Positions 52,383 through 62,804 are shown, numbered from the stretch's first letter. The stretch: DNA of 64,000 bases from Alphaproteobacteria bacterium (GCA_965214705.1 CBDCCI010000002.1:544001-608000); one strand, 5' to 3'. Notes: a model not told the origin generated them from the sequence alone. Numbers and translations: made by a program.

Positions 52383-52844
52383 ATGGCCAGACGTTCAGCC
52401 GATGCAAAGACCGATGCCCTCAAGCAGCATGGCTGTCTGAACCCGCGTCCCGACGCGGTTCGCGACGAGCTGTTCCTGTCCAACGCATTCTTCGATCCGC
52501 GCGACCTGCTCCAGGTCAAGTACGAGATGCTGCGCCGTGTGCGCGAAGACGGCGTGCCCATCAGCCGTGCCGCTGCGAGCTTCGGCGTCTCGCGGCCCAC
52601 CTGGTACCAGGCACAGCTCGCCTTCGAGGCAGGCGGCCTGCCGGCGCTGTTGCCGCACCGGCGCGGCCCCCGGCGAGCCCACAAGCTCAGCGACGAAGTG
52701 GTCGAGGCGTTGCGCGCGGCAAAGAGCGAACAGCCGGAACTCAGCACCCGCGAGCTGGTCGACCTCGTGCGCGAGCGCTTCGGCCTGCGGGTCCATCGCC
52801 GCAGCATCGAACGCGCGCTCGCGCGGGGAAAAAAACGCGCATGA
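52383..52844 (+). CDS. HTH protein
   Basis: GGAGG SD; homolog of 47273..47734. Confidence 0.85.
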   Translation: MARRSADAKTDALKQHGCLNPRPDAVRDELFLSNAFFDPRDLLQVKYEMLRRVREDGVPISRAAASFGVSRPTWYQAQLAFEAGGLPALLPHRRGPRRAHKLSDEVVEALRAAKSEQPELSTRELVDLVRERFGLRVHRRSIERALARGKKRA

Positions 52845-53134
52845 CGCCGACACCGCTGGCGCTTCCGTTGACGCATTCGGCGTATGCGCAGGGCTACGAG
52901 CAGATGCGCCGCCACGCGCTCGAGCCCGGCACGCCGCTCGACCGACAGGGGCTCGCCGTGATGGTACGGCGCGGCATCGCCGCCTGGCTGTTCGTGTCCG
53001 CCGAGCTGCCCGCCGCGCCTGCCGGCGTGTGCGCGGGCGCGTCGCCCAAGGCACTGCCCGCCAGGGTCGAGAGGCCGGTGATCGACATTCTTCTCGCGAT
53101 GGTCAAAGTCCACATGGAAGGGGAGTTGGCATGA
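52841..53134 (+). CDS. Hypothetical protein
   Basis: YEQMRRHA...GIAAW; ATGA-coupled. Confidence 0.75.
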   Translation: MTPTPLALPLTHSAYAQGYEQMRRHALEPGTPLDRQGLAVMVRRGIAAWLFVSAELPAAPAGVCAGASPKALPARVERPVIDILLAMVKVHMEGELA

Positions 53135-53860
53135 GTACTGCCCATCAGAAGGTGAGCACGAGCCACCTGAGCCGCCATGCCTATCTGTACGTGCGTCAGT
53201 CCACCCCGCGCCAGGTGTACGAGAATGGCGAGAGCACGCTCCGCCAGTACGCCCTGCGCGAACGGGCCGTCGCTCTGGGCTGGCCGACCGAGAGCATCGT
53301 CGTGATCGATAGCGATCAGGGGCTATCCGGCGCCGACAGAGACCGTGAGGGCTTCAAGCATCTGGTTGCCGAGGTCGGCATGGGTCGGGCCGGGATCGTG
53401 CTCGGCCTCGAGGTGTCCAGGCTCGCGCGCAACTCCACCGAGTGGTGCCGGCTGGTCGAGATCTGCGCCCTGAGCGAGACGCTGATCCTCGATGAAGACG
53501 GCGTCTACGATCCCGGCGACTTCAACGATAGGCTCCTGCTCGGGCTGAAAGGGACGATGTCGGAGGCGGAGCTCCATTTGCTGCGCGCCCGGCTGCGCGG
53601 CGGAATCCTCAATCGAGCCAAACGCGGCGAGTTGAAGATGCCGCTGCCACTGGGGCTGGTGTACGACCCGCTCGATCGTGTGGTTCTCGATCCCGATGCG
53701 CAGGTTCAACACAGCCTCAGGCTGCTCTTCGACACCTTCACCCGCACCGGCACGGCCTGCGCCACGGTGAAGCACTTCCGTGACGAAGGACTGCTCTTTC
53801 CCCGCCGGCCGCGCAGCGGACCGCACAAGGGTGAGCTGCATTGGCAGCCGCTCAAAGGTT

Positions 53861-53902
53861 AAGGGTTGGGCAGGCTCTCTCTCGAGAGCCTGCCCAACCC
53901 TT
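53861..53902. repeat. Perfect 19-bp-arm hairpin at the element's 3' end
   Basis: AAGGGTTGGGCAGGCTCTC-tctc-GAGAGCCTGCCCAACCCTT. Confidence 0.92.
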
Positions 53903-54164
53903 TTGAACGAAGCCGCGGGCCACGAGAGGCGAAGTTGAGCTATGTGGAAAGTGCGCTGATGTCAGCGTCAGGCGGCATCCACCGGCAGCAGAGTTGCGCA
54001 TAAAATCGACGCTCGCGCCGGTCTTTCGGCAGGCATGCGGGCGCACGCTGCGAGGACTGAGCGGGGTGTGAGCCGAGGGCTGTCAGCCCGGCTCAAGCGG
54101 AGACAGGTTCGGTCGTGCGTCGGCGCTTTGGCGCCGTTGCGCGGGGCCGAAGCGAGCGGGCGTC

Positions 54165-55406
54165 TCACGGTTTCCCCCTGTGGGTCGGCGGCAGCGCCGG
54201 CGGGCCGCGCGTCGAGCGGGGCTCATGGCGGCGGCGGATTTCGCGGACGAGGCGCATGACGCCGCCGCAGTGGGGGCAGGCCACGGGCGCGGTGCCGATC
54301 TCGGGCTCTTCGTCGGGCTCGGCCCGAGCGCCGTCCACGCTTCCCTCGGGGGCGGCGCAGCCGAGGGCGCCGAGAGCCTGGCGTGCTCTCTCCAGCGTGC
54401 TGGCGCGGCAGCCGTTGGCGAGGATGCCGAAGTAGCGAATGCGGTGCATGCCGTCCGGCAGGACGTGCCTCAGGAAGCGGCGGATGAACTCGTCGGCGCT
54501 CACGGTGGCGATGCCGTAGCGCGGCTTTCTCTGCCCCGGCGCCTTGGGCTTTCGGTGGCGGAAGGAGACCGTCTCGCCGTCGAAGGAGACGATGCGGCTG
54601 TCGGAGATGGCGATCCTGTGCGTGTAGTGCGAGAGGTACCGGAAGACCTGCTCAGGCCCGCGGAAGGGCCGCTTGGCGTAGACCACCCAGTCCCTGGCCC
54701 GGGCGGCGGCAAGCGTGGCGTGGAACTCGCCGGGATTGGCGAGGTGGGCGAGGGTGCCGTGGAACTCCAGGTCCCCCCGGCCGTGGGCGCGGGCGAGCTC
54801 CTCGAGGAAGAGGCGGCGGAACAGGCTGCCGAGGACCTTGACGGGGGCGAGGAAGGTGGTGCTCCCCGTCTTCCACTCGCCACTGTCTACGTCGAAGCCC
54901 GCGTTGGGCACGACCACGTGCAGGTGCGGGTGGAAGCGGAGCTTCTGATCCCAGGTATGGAGGACCGCGGTGCCGCCGATGCGCATGCCGCCGTGGCGGG
55001 GATCGGCGGCGATGGTGCGCAGGGTCTCGGCGACGGCCCGGAAGAGGATGTCGAACACCACCCTGCGGTTGCAGAAGGCAATGGCGGCAACCTCCTTGGG
55101 CAGGGTGAAGACCACATGGAAGTAGGGCACCGGCAGGATGTCCCCGGCGCGCTCCTCGCTCCAGAGGTTGGCGGCGAGACCCTGGCAGGTGGGGCAGTGG
55201 CGGTTGCGGCAGGAGTTGAAGAGCGGATGCTCGCGCCCGCAGCCCTCGCAGGCGTACATGTGGCCGCCGAGCACGGCGGTGCGGCACGCCTCGATGGCGC
55301 CCATGACCTTGAGCCGGGCGGCGTCGATGCGCCCTTTGTGGCGCTCACGGAAAGCGGCGCCGGCGCGGCGGAAGATCTCCGCCACGCCCGCGCGTTCGGC
55401 CTCCAC
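54165..55406 (-). CDS. IS91-family (Y2/HUH) transposase
   Basis: NSCRNRHCPTC, LHTW...HPHLH, YLSHY, RIRYFG, C-terminal CPHCG. Confidence 0.93.
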   Translation of the reverse strand: MEAERAGVAEIFRRAGAAFRERHKGRIDAARLKVMGAIEACRTAVLGGHMYACEGCGREHPLFNSCRNRHCPTCQGLAANLWSEERAGDILPVPYFHVVFTLPKEVAAIAFCNRRVVFDILFRAVAETLRTIAADPRHGGMRIGGTAVLHTWDQKLRFHPHLHVVVPNAGFDVDSGEWKTGSTTFLAPVKVLGSLFRRLFLEELARAHGRGDLEFHGTLAHLANPGEFHATLAAARARDWVVYAKRPFRGPEQVFRYLSHYTHRIAISDSRIVSFDGETVSFRHRKPKAPGQRKPRYGIATVSADEFIRRFLRHVLPDGMHRIRYFGILANGCRASTLERARQALGALGCAAPEGSVDGARAEPDEEPEIGTAPVACPHCGGVMRLVREIRRRHEPRSTRGPPALPPTHRGKP

Positions 55407-55412
55407 GCGCCG

Positions 55413-56291
55413 TCAGTTGCGCAACGCTGCGAAGCCTGAGATCGGGTGGTCGAGGCCCTCGAACATCTTGCCGGTGACGCGGGCGTAGTGACGGGTCGTG
55501 TTCGCGCTTCGATGGCCGAGCATGTCCCGGATCACCTCGATATCGCCGCCGCGCTCGAGGAGATGGGTCGCCGCCGAATGGCGCAGGCAATGGAAGGTGT
55601 AGCTGCGGTCGAGCTCGGCAATGTCGCGCGCCCTCCTGAAGGCGGCCTGCAAGGTCTCCGTTGCGATGGGCCTGTCGAGCGAGACGCCGTAGAAGAGCCA
55701 GCTCGTCGGACGCGGCCAGATGTTCCTGTAGTAGACGCGCAAGTAGTGGATGACGATGTCCGGCAACGGTGCCATTCTCTCGGTGCCGCCTTTGCCGGAG
55801 GGGATGTGCAGCAGCTTCTTCTCCGACAGGATGTCGCCGACCTTGATGGCCAAGGTCTCGGAGATGCGGAGCCCGCCGCCATAGCCGGTGACAATGGCAG
55901 CACGGTGGCGGAGGTCGGGTGTCGCAAGGATGAGGTGCTCGACCTCCTGCTCCGACATGTAGCGCGGCAGCTTGCCGGGCTTCTTGCGGGAGCGCAGGCC
56001 GGCGACATGGTCAGGCCAGCCGAGTGTGTCGATGTAGAGGAAGTTCAGCGCGGCGAAGGAGACGTTGGTCGTGCCCGGACTGAGCCCCTTGTCGATCCGC
56101 CCCAGGTACCACTGGCGCACCTGCTCGGCGTCGAGCTCGTCCGGCGAGGCGTCGTAGTACCTGGCCAGGTTCTTGATCTCGCAGATGTAGGCCTTGGACG
56201 TGCTCGCGGCCAGATTGGCGATGCGGAGCTGCTCCTCCATGCGCTGGCGAAGAGGGGTGACGGTGTTCGTGTCGCACGCGGTCCCGGTCAT
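55413..56291 (-). CDS. Tyrosine recombinase
   Basis: Near-identical to 5734..6612; full R-K-H-R-H-Y set. Confidence 0.93.
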   Translation of the reverse strand: MTGTACDTNTVTPLRQRMEEQLRIANLAASTSKAYICEIKNLARYYDASPDELDAEQVRQWYLGRIDKGLSPGTTNVSFAALNFLYIDTLGWPDHVAGLRSRKKPGKLPRYMSEQEVEHLILATPDLRHRAAIVTGYGGGLRISETLAIKVGDILSEKKLLHIPSGKGGTERMAPLPDIVIHYLRVYYRNIWPRPTSWLFYGVSLDRPIATETLQAAFRRARDIAELDRSYTFHCLRHSAATHLLERGGDIEVIRDMLGHRSANTTRHYARVTGKMFEGLDHPISGFAALRN

Positions 56292-58027
56292 TATCGATCT
56301 CCCTGGATCGCGACGGCGCGCCGCCGGACCGATCCGGCGACGGTCCGTCGCAGGGGTCGATGCTAACCACTGGTGATCGGGAGGCTGCTGGGGATCCGCC
56401 ACCCGACGGGCGGAGCGCCACTGACGCAACCGGGAAGCGAACGCACAGAACAAACGGCACCCGCGACGCCTCGGAAATGAATGAACTCTACGCCGCTAAC
56501 TCCGCGTAGCGGCTTCGTTCAAGCTCTATCGGGTGCTGGAGGTGCTGCACAACCCACGATACGCCGGCGCCTTCGCGTTCGGGCGCCACTGCCACCGTCG
56601 GCGTCCCGGTGGCGGTGTTGAAGTGAAGCGGCTCGCGCGCGAGGAATGGACCGTGCTGCTCCCCGACGCGCACCCGGGCTATATCTCCTGGGAGCGCTTC
56701 GAGGCCAATCAGCGCCAGCTCCGGGACAACGCTCAGGCCTATGGCGTGCCCCGGCGCAGCGCTCCACGCGAAGGGCCGGCGCTGCTCCAGGGCCTGGCCC
56801 TCTGCGGGGTTTGCGGCGACCGCATGACCGTGCGCTACCACACCCGCCGGGGGCGGCAGGTGCCGGACTACATGTGCCAGCGGGAAGGCATCGATACGGC
56901 GAGCCGGATATGCCAGCAAATCGCCGGTGCCGGTATCGACCGGGCAATCGGCGAACTGCTGGTCGAGTTGATGACGCCGGTCGCGCTGCAAGTGGCATTG
57001 GAGGTACACGCCGAACTTTCCGCGCGTGCTGAAGAGGTCGACGCCTGGCGTGCCCAGCAGGTGCAGCGCGCCCGCGAAGAGGCTGATCTGGCGCGCCAGC
57101 GCTTCATGCAAACCCATCCCGAGAACCGCATGGTGGCCGACGTGCTGGAGGCGGAATGGAACGCCAAGCTTCGTGCTCTGGACGAGGCACAGCGCGATCT
57201 CGATCATCGCCGCGCCGAGCAGAGCCACGAGCTCGGGGAGCAGCAACGCCAACGAGTCCTCGCGCTGGCGACGGACTTTCCGCGCTTGTGGAACGACCCT
57301 GCAACGCCGTACCGCGAGCGCAAGCGGATCGCGCGATTGCTGATCGAGGACGTGACCCTGGTCAAGGGCAAGGATCTCCGCCTGGGAGTGCGCCTTCGAG
57401 GCGGAGCCACCCGCCAGCTCGTCATCGAGCCCGAGGCGCCGGCGTGGCAGCGTTACAAGACCCCGCCCGAGGTCATTGCCCAGATCGACGAGCTACTCGA
57501 CGATCACACCGACGCCGAGATCGCAACGATCCTCAATGAACGGGGATGCCGGACTGGCTATGGCGCCCCCTTTCGAGCGCTGCGCGTGCAGGCAATCCGC
57601 GGCGACTACAAGCTTAAATCACGCTACGACCGACTGCGCGCCCGCGGCTTGTTGACCGTCGACGAAATGGCCACCAGGCTCGCGGTCTCGACCACGACGA
57701 TCAAGAAGTGGCGCGAGATCGGGCTGCTGAGCGGACACGTCTACAACGACAAGGGCAGCTATCTCTATGAAATGCCCGACAACCCGCCGACCAAGCAACA
57801 AGGCCGAAAGCGCGTATAGAGCGCTCAACCCCAACATCGTGTGCCAACCGACTAATGAGGTGCAATATGAAGCGTAGCCCTTAGCTTTCGCATGTAACAC
57901 GGTCTGGAGTTTCTGAACTTTGTCTGACCCTGTTAGGTTCTCACCAGTGGTCACGCCTTGCTCCCTTTCCATGCTGTTCTCGAACCAGGGCTCCTTTCCT
58001 CCACCGGAATTACTCGGCTTCTGCGGT

Positions 58028-60051
58028 GTCGGGTCGGAGGAGGCGCCCCGCGAGGCTAGCCTCCGTCCGCCGCTCAAACGGCCCGTACGGTTTTCCCGTA
58101 AGCCGCTTTCACAAAGGTGTCTCAACGAAGGTTCAAGGACGGAACCAGTGAGATCAGGCGAACAAGCCCGTATTCGTCGATCAGCTTGCGCTCCGGCAAC
58201 TGTTTCCAGCCAGCGTTGCGCCAGCGCTTGCGACGATGCGACCAGAGCCGCCGCACGATCCAGCCGTCAAGCTGGTGGAAGAGCCCGCGGACGTGGGCCT
58301 TGCAATAGTATTGGCCCCATCCCCGAATGATCGGGTTGATCTCGTCAATCAGCTCCTGCGTGCTGACAGGAGCCTTGCGCCGGGTACGCTGGCGAATCTG
58401 GTCCTTGAAGTGCCGGATGGATTTCTCACGCGGAACCGCGTAGCGCGCTCCCCCGCGAACCCCGCTCTTGATCTTGGAGGACGACAGCCGGAGAGGCCGC
58501 TCGCCCTGCTTGATCTTGTAGCCGAGGAACTCAAACCCGTGCCTGACATGGACAATGCGGGTCTTCCCGGCGTTGAGGGACACACCCAGCTTTGCCAGAA
58601 TCCGCCTGGCCGTCTCCAGTGCTGCGCGGGCTTCCCCGCGTGTGCGGCACGTGATCAGCCAATCATCGGCGTATCGCGTTAGTCGATAGCCGCGACGACG
58701 CATTTCCCAATCGAACGGGGTCAGCAAGATATTGCTGAGCAGCGGTGAAACGATGCCGCCCTGCGGAGTGCCCTGTTCGGTCGGCAGCCTCTTACCGTCG
58801 GCCACCACCCCGGCCGTGAGCATCTGCCTGAGCAGACCTAATACCCGGCCATCCGAGACTCGCTGGTTGACGAGTTCGAGGAGCTTTTCGTGGTCCACGG
58901 ACCCGAAAAAGTCTTTCAAATCCGCATCGAGAACCCACTCGTTGCCCTCGTCCAGTTCCCTCCATATCTTGCGTAACGCTCCATGGGCAGACCTTCCTTG
59001 CCGGTACCCGTAGTTGGCATCGTCGAACACCGGCTCGAAGATCGGTTCCAGCCGGTTCAGCAGCGCCTGCTGGCACACCCGGTCGTAGATTGTCGGGATG
59101 CCGAGCGGGCGGAACTTCCCCGGCTGGCCCGCCTTGGGGATCAGGCATTGGAGAACCGGCTGCGGGTGATACTCACCGTCCCGCAACTCCCGGTGCAGGC
59201 GATCGAGATTTGCATCCAGCGATGCCTCGAACGCCGCTAAATCCTCTCCGTCCACGCCACCGGCACCCCGGTTGCGCTTCACCTTTTCCCAGGCCACCTC
59301 AAGGTTCTTCCGCTTGTACACCTTGTCCACCAGTGAGTGGACCTTCCTGTCACCCGCCGGGTTGATCCAGTCGATGAGTCTCCTCGGGCCATGATGTCCG
59401 GGTCTTTCGCTCAAGGAACTTGTCCGCGTCATGGTCCTTACTCACTCATCGCTGTCTCTCGCCGACCACCTCTGCCAACCGACTTCCCCGGCCCACACGG
59501 CCGCCGCTCGCGCGGTCACCCGGCTTTCGCCGGGCTTCAGGTACTATTCGGTTGTCCGATTGCTCGCCGCGCATCCTTTCCCATTTCGCCTTTCGGCTTA
59601 TAGGGTCCGTTATCCCGGTGCCACCCGAGAACGCGGCGAGCCCTCCTGGGGTCACGTCCAGATCTTCCGTACCGTGCCGCTCGCAAACACCTTGGTGCGA
59701 CGGGTGGGTAAGAACGCCTTCGCCGCCATAGTGCCGGCTCGACCTTGCCCCGTCTTTGGCCGACCGATTCATCATGGGGTGGCCCCCTCGATTACGGCCC
59801 GGTACTTCTCCGCAAGCCCTTCAGATTCCACCTCGCGGTGGACACCCTGCCTTCCGGTTGTCTTTCGACAGTGGACCAACTTAGCTCCTCCCTTGGCTGT
59901 CTCCGCCGTTTCCGGCTTCGTGCCCGTTTAGAGTTTCGCTTATCGGCTCACTCCGGCCAGTGACGAATTACCCCCACTTTTGGATATGGCGCCCCTTACC
60001 CGAGCGCCAGTGGGACTTGAACCCACCTGATCTGGGCGCTGCCCAGCACAC
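58028..60051 (-). mobile_element. Inner, apparently complete group II intron
   Basis: 5' GTGTG; domain V GAAAGCGGCTTACGGGAAAACCGTACGGGCCGTTT; 3' ...CCGACCCGAC; candidate EBS1 ACTATG at 59727-32. Confidence 0.88.
58122..59432 (-). CDS. ltrA: Group II intron reverse transcriptase/maturase, no endonuclease domain evident
   Basis: GAGGVDG, RPLGIP, GTPQGG, RYADD, FEFLG, IRGWGQYY. Confidence 0.95.
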   Translation of the reverse strand: MTRTSSLSERPGHHGPRRLIDWINPAGDRKVHSLVDKVYKRKNLEVAWEKVKRNRGAGGVDGEDLAAFEASLDANLDRLHRELRDGEYHPQPVLQCLIPKAGQPGKFRPLGIPTIYDRVCQQALLNRLEPIFEPVFDDANYGYRQGRSAHGALRKIWRELDEGNEWVLDADLKDFFGSVDHEKLLELVNQRVSDGRVLGLLRQMLTAGVVADGKRLPTEQGTPQGGIVSPLLSNILLTPFDWEMRRRGYRLTRYADDWLITCRTRGEARAALETARRILAKLGVSLNAGKTRIVHVRHGFEFLGYKIKQGERPLRLSSSKIKSGVRGGARYAVPREKSIRHFKDQIRQRTRRKAPVSTQELIDEINPIIRGWGQYYCKAHVRGLFHQLDGWIVRRLWSHRRKRWRNAGWKQLPERKLIDEYGLVRLISLVPSLNLR

Positions 60052-60514
60052 ACTACGAGCCCATCCGCCACCCTGCCGGCCCAGCCTGCCCCTCACGGGG
60101 TTCCGGTTGGTGTGTGCGCACCGCCGACAGGGCTTCCCGTGTTGCTACCTCATTCCTCTTGCATGCATGCCAGCGTCAATACCCCGGCGGGTGCGAGCCG
60201 GTGCATGTATCGCTCTCTTCCCGGTCGCCAGCGGCCTTCCCCTTTTCCGCGCAGGGTCGACACCCGCATTGCCCTTTTCGAGGCCTGCTCGACGTTCGCT
60301 CTCGCTCCGGCCTGCATGCTCGCTGAGCCGCCTGAAGCGGCCCTTCTTGCCAAAGTGCTTCAATCCATGTCGTTGCCTCCATGAACCGCTCTGGCTGCTA
60401 CCAGCTGGAGCGATAGTTGCTGAGCGGGATTTGCACCCGCTGAAATGAGGCGCCCTTTCACGGCGCACGCGGAAGTCGGGTTATGGTGCCCAGAACCCGA
60501 AGGACGGATCAGCC

Positions 60515-60853
60515 ATGGCGACGGTGATCAGAGCCGATTTGGCGGCGGCGGTGTGCGAGGAGGCCGGTCTGCGCAAGCGCGACGCGGCCGAGCTGGTGGA
60601 CATGCTGGTCGAGGCGATCTGCGAGCGGCTGGCGGCAGGGGAGCCGGTCGGGATCTCGGGCTTCGGCAGCTTCTCGGTGCGCGACAAGAGGGAGCGCACC
60701 GGACGCAATCCCAGGATCGGGGAGGAGGCGCCGATCGCGGCCCGGCGGGTGGTGACCTTCCGGGCGTCCGCGAAACTGAAGGCGCGCGTGACGGCGGCGA
60801 TGGCCGGCGCGGCGGACGGCGCGCAAGCCGCCGGCAGGGGCGAAGCTGTATAA
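60515..60853 (+). CDS. Integration host factor/HU-family DNA-binding protein (IhfA-like)
   Basis: ISGFGSFSVRDKRERTGRNP...RRVVTFRAS. Confidence 0.9.
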   Translation: MATVIRADLAAAVCEEAGLRKRDAAELVDMLVEAICERLAAGEPVGISGFGSFSVRDKRERTGRNPRIGEEAPIAARRVVTFRASAKLKARVTAAMAGAADGAQAAGRGEAV

Positions 60854-60891
60854 TCTTTATGGAGTTTCGAGTCGGCTGAGGAACCGGGACA

Positions 60892-61179
60892 ATGGATGGA
60901 ACATCATCGGCTGGGATCGACGAGAGCGCGTTGACGAAGGGCCAGCTGCGCAAGCTTCGCGCGTTGCGCAAGTCGATTGGCAACGGGATCGCGGAGCGCG
61001 CTTTCGCGGAGTGGCTGGCGTCACAGCCTGCGACGGGAGCCAGGTCCGACGGCAACGCGGCGACGATCGTCGACACACTGTGGCCGCTCGTTCAGCAGGG
61101 CACGCTGGCGATTCCGCGCGGCGGCTACCTGATCAGGCGCGGGCGGGGCCGCATTATCGTCGAGGCGGCTAAGCCGTAG
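60892..61179 (+). CDS. Hypothetical protein
   Basis: 95-aa ORF with protein-like composition, co-directional with the IHF gene. Confidence 0.65.
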   Translation: MDGTSSAGIDESALTKGQLRKLRALRKSIGNGIAERAFAEWLASQPATGARSDGNAATIVDTLWPLVQQGTLAIPRGGYLIRRGRGRIIVEAAKP

Positions 61180-61398
61180 AGCGCCGGTTTGTCCGTCGGG
61201 TCCCTAAGCCTGCTTCTTCTGGAAGATCCTCCTGGCCTGGACCCTGCGGATGCGCGGGAGCCGGTGGTCCCTGTCTTGACCGGCTCCCGCGTGCTTGTCG
61301 GCGCCGGCCGCGATCGCCCGCGCGCATCTCGTGTCGGGGCAGCCCACGGTAGGAAGCGCTCTCGCCGATGGCGCGCGGCCGGGATGTGAGGCCGGCGC

Positions 61399-62214
61399 CT
61401 ACCACGACGTCAGCGCGGCCATGGGGGAGGCGTCGGTGACGATTTCGACGTCCTCCGGATCGAGCCTGGCGAACGCGAGGCATGCCGCCACCTCGGCGGG
61501 ATTGTCGTAGGTCCCGTGATCGCGGCTCGTGGCGATCTCGATGACGGTGTACCGGGTCGCCGTCACGGGCAGCCCGCGATGCTCGGAAGAGCGCATCCGG
61601 GACCGGCGGGCGCAGGCCTCGCAAGCCGAGGCGGCTCCCGACCAGGCTCCGCACTTTTCACAGAGATTCCTGGCGCGGCGGCGCGCGTACCGCTTGCGGT
61701 CCCGGGCGTTCTTCTCCGCGCGCGGCGTCCGCGCGGCTTCCGTCGCCGCGCAACGGCGGCAGCGCGACGCGCCCGCCGGCGCCGTGCCGCTGCAGCGCAC
61801 GCAACAGCCGGCGGCGCGGCGCTCTTCGTAGATTTCCCGCTCGCGGACGCGTCTCGCGTCGCCGCAAGCTGCGCACACCGCGGCGCCCTCGGCGGCGGGC
61901 TGGCGTCCGCACGCCGTGCAGGTTCCCGCCTCGCGCCGGGCGCGATGGCGATCCCTGCCCCGATCGCGGCTGTCACGCCGGCGGGTCTCGACGCACCGGC
62001 CGCCGTAGAGCTTCCCGGCTGCCTTGCCCGCGGCATAGCGGGCGCGCTCGGCCCTGCGCTTCTTCTCGCCGCATTCGGCGCAAAGCCGGCGTTCGGGCGC
62101 CATCGGGCGCACGCCGCATCTGGGGCACAGGCCGCGCGCGGTCCGGTCGGCGGCCCGCCGGCGGTGGCGTTCGCGATCGAGCGCGCGGCCCCGGTCGGGG
62201 TCTGCATAGGACAT
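61399..62214 (-). CDS. Hypothetical Cys/Arg-rich protein with repeated CxxC pairs
   Basis: Four paired units: CPRC/CAEC, CTAC/CAAC, CVRC/CRRC, CEKC/CEAC. Confidence 0.7.
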   Translation of the reverse strand: MSYADPDRGRALDRERHRRRAADRTARGLCPRCGVRPMAPERRLCAECGEKKRRAERARYAAGKAAGKLYGGRCVETRRRDSRDRGRDRHRARREAGTCTACGRQPAAEGAAVCAACGDARRVREREIYEERRAAGCCVRCSGTAPAGASRCRRCAATEAARTPRAEKNARDRKRYARRRARNLCEKCGAWSGAASACEACARRSRMRSSEHRGLPVTATRYTVIEIATSRDHGTYDNPAEVAACLAFARLDPEDVEIVTDASPMAALTSW

Positions 62215-62300
62215 GATCGGCGAGCCTCGCTGCAAGGGTCGGGTCGGACGGAGGGCGGCGGCCGGGGCGCCCCGTTGGGGACGCCCCGGCCCGGCCGGCC

Positions 62301-62618
62301 CTACCGATGCCTGCCGCTGGCGAAGAGCCCGGTCGCGAGGTCTCCATACATTTGCACGCCGCCGGCGAGCTCGACCCCGGTGGCCACGATGATCTCGTCG
62401 CGCTCGGGCCGCAGCCGCTGAACGGCGCGCAGGCTCATCACCTTCCGCGCCTCCTTGCGCGCACCCTTCGATCCCCTGGCCGGGCGCCAGGGCCGGATCT
62501 GGCCCTGGTAATCCGACTTGTACCTCTCGACGACGTAGCGCGCGTCGTCGAGACCGCGACCGAAGAAGTGGGTGAGAAAGGTCCGGGCGCTCCCCTGGAT
62601 GCCGCCTGATGTCCGCAT
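62301..62618 (-). CDS. Hypothetical protein
   Basis: GGAGG SD then MRTSGGIQGSARTFLTHFF. Confidence 0.5.
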   Translation of the reverse strand: MRTSGGIQGSARTFLTHFFGRGLDDARYVVERYKSDYQGQIRPWRPARGSKGARKEARKVMSLRAVQRLRPERDEIIVATGVELAGGVQMYGDLATGLFASGRHR

Positions 62619-62804
62619 GATGCCGCCTCCCGCGGGCTGGTTGGTGGAAACGGCAGGACAGCCTCTCTCCGCGAGCCCGACCCCGCCGCGCCCCCGTCCC
62701 GGCCAGGCTCTACCTCCCGGCGGCGCGCAGGCACGGCGGGCGGCGAAGGCGAGGGATGCGGCCGGCGGGATGCCGGCACTTCCGAACATTGATAAGGTGG
62801 AGGG

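Larger units (their letters stand above)
53856..56522 (-). mobile_element. Complete YR + IS91-like transposase element, variant B
   Basis: Both junctions are defined by the host ORF; TCAA at 53852-55 and 56519-22; 14-bp inverted repeat at 53903-16 and 56509-22. Confidence 0.92.
53131..57819 (+). pseudogene. Large serine recombinase split by the YR + IS91-like element
   Basis: YLYVRQST, EVSRLAR; removing 53856-56522 restores WQPLKLYRVLEVLHNPRY in frame. Confidence 0.9.
51851..57879 (+). mobile_element. Four-gene large serine recombinase element, copy B
   Basis: Ends CATTTAACTGCAC... and GAGGTGCAATATGAAGCGTAGC; abuts the truncated istA on one side and the truncated intron RT on the other. Confidence 0.8.
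57880..60468 (-). mobile_element. Outer group II intron: 5' RNA domains and start of its RT, truncated
   Basis: 5' GTGCG at 60468; candidate EBS1 GCGGAA in a hairpin loop (60245-50) is complementary to exon TTCCGC; resumes at 58027 with ACCGCAGAAGCCGAGTAAT; RT start DKVQKLQTVLHAKAK. Confidence 0.8.

Noticed and set aside
53861-53902. Hairpin as only a rho-independent terminator
   Set aside because: It is followed by T4 on the plus strand, but it lies inside the inserted element and was not part of the host gene. An end-signal role is preferred; a dual role is not excluded.
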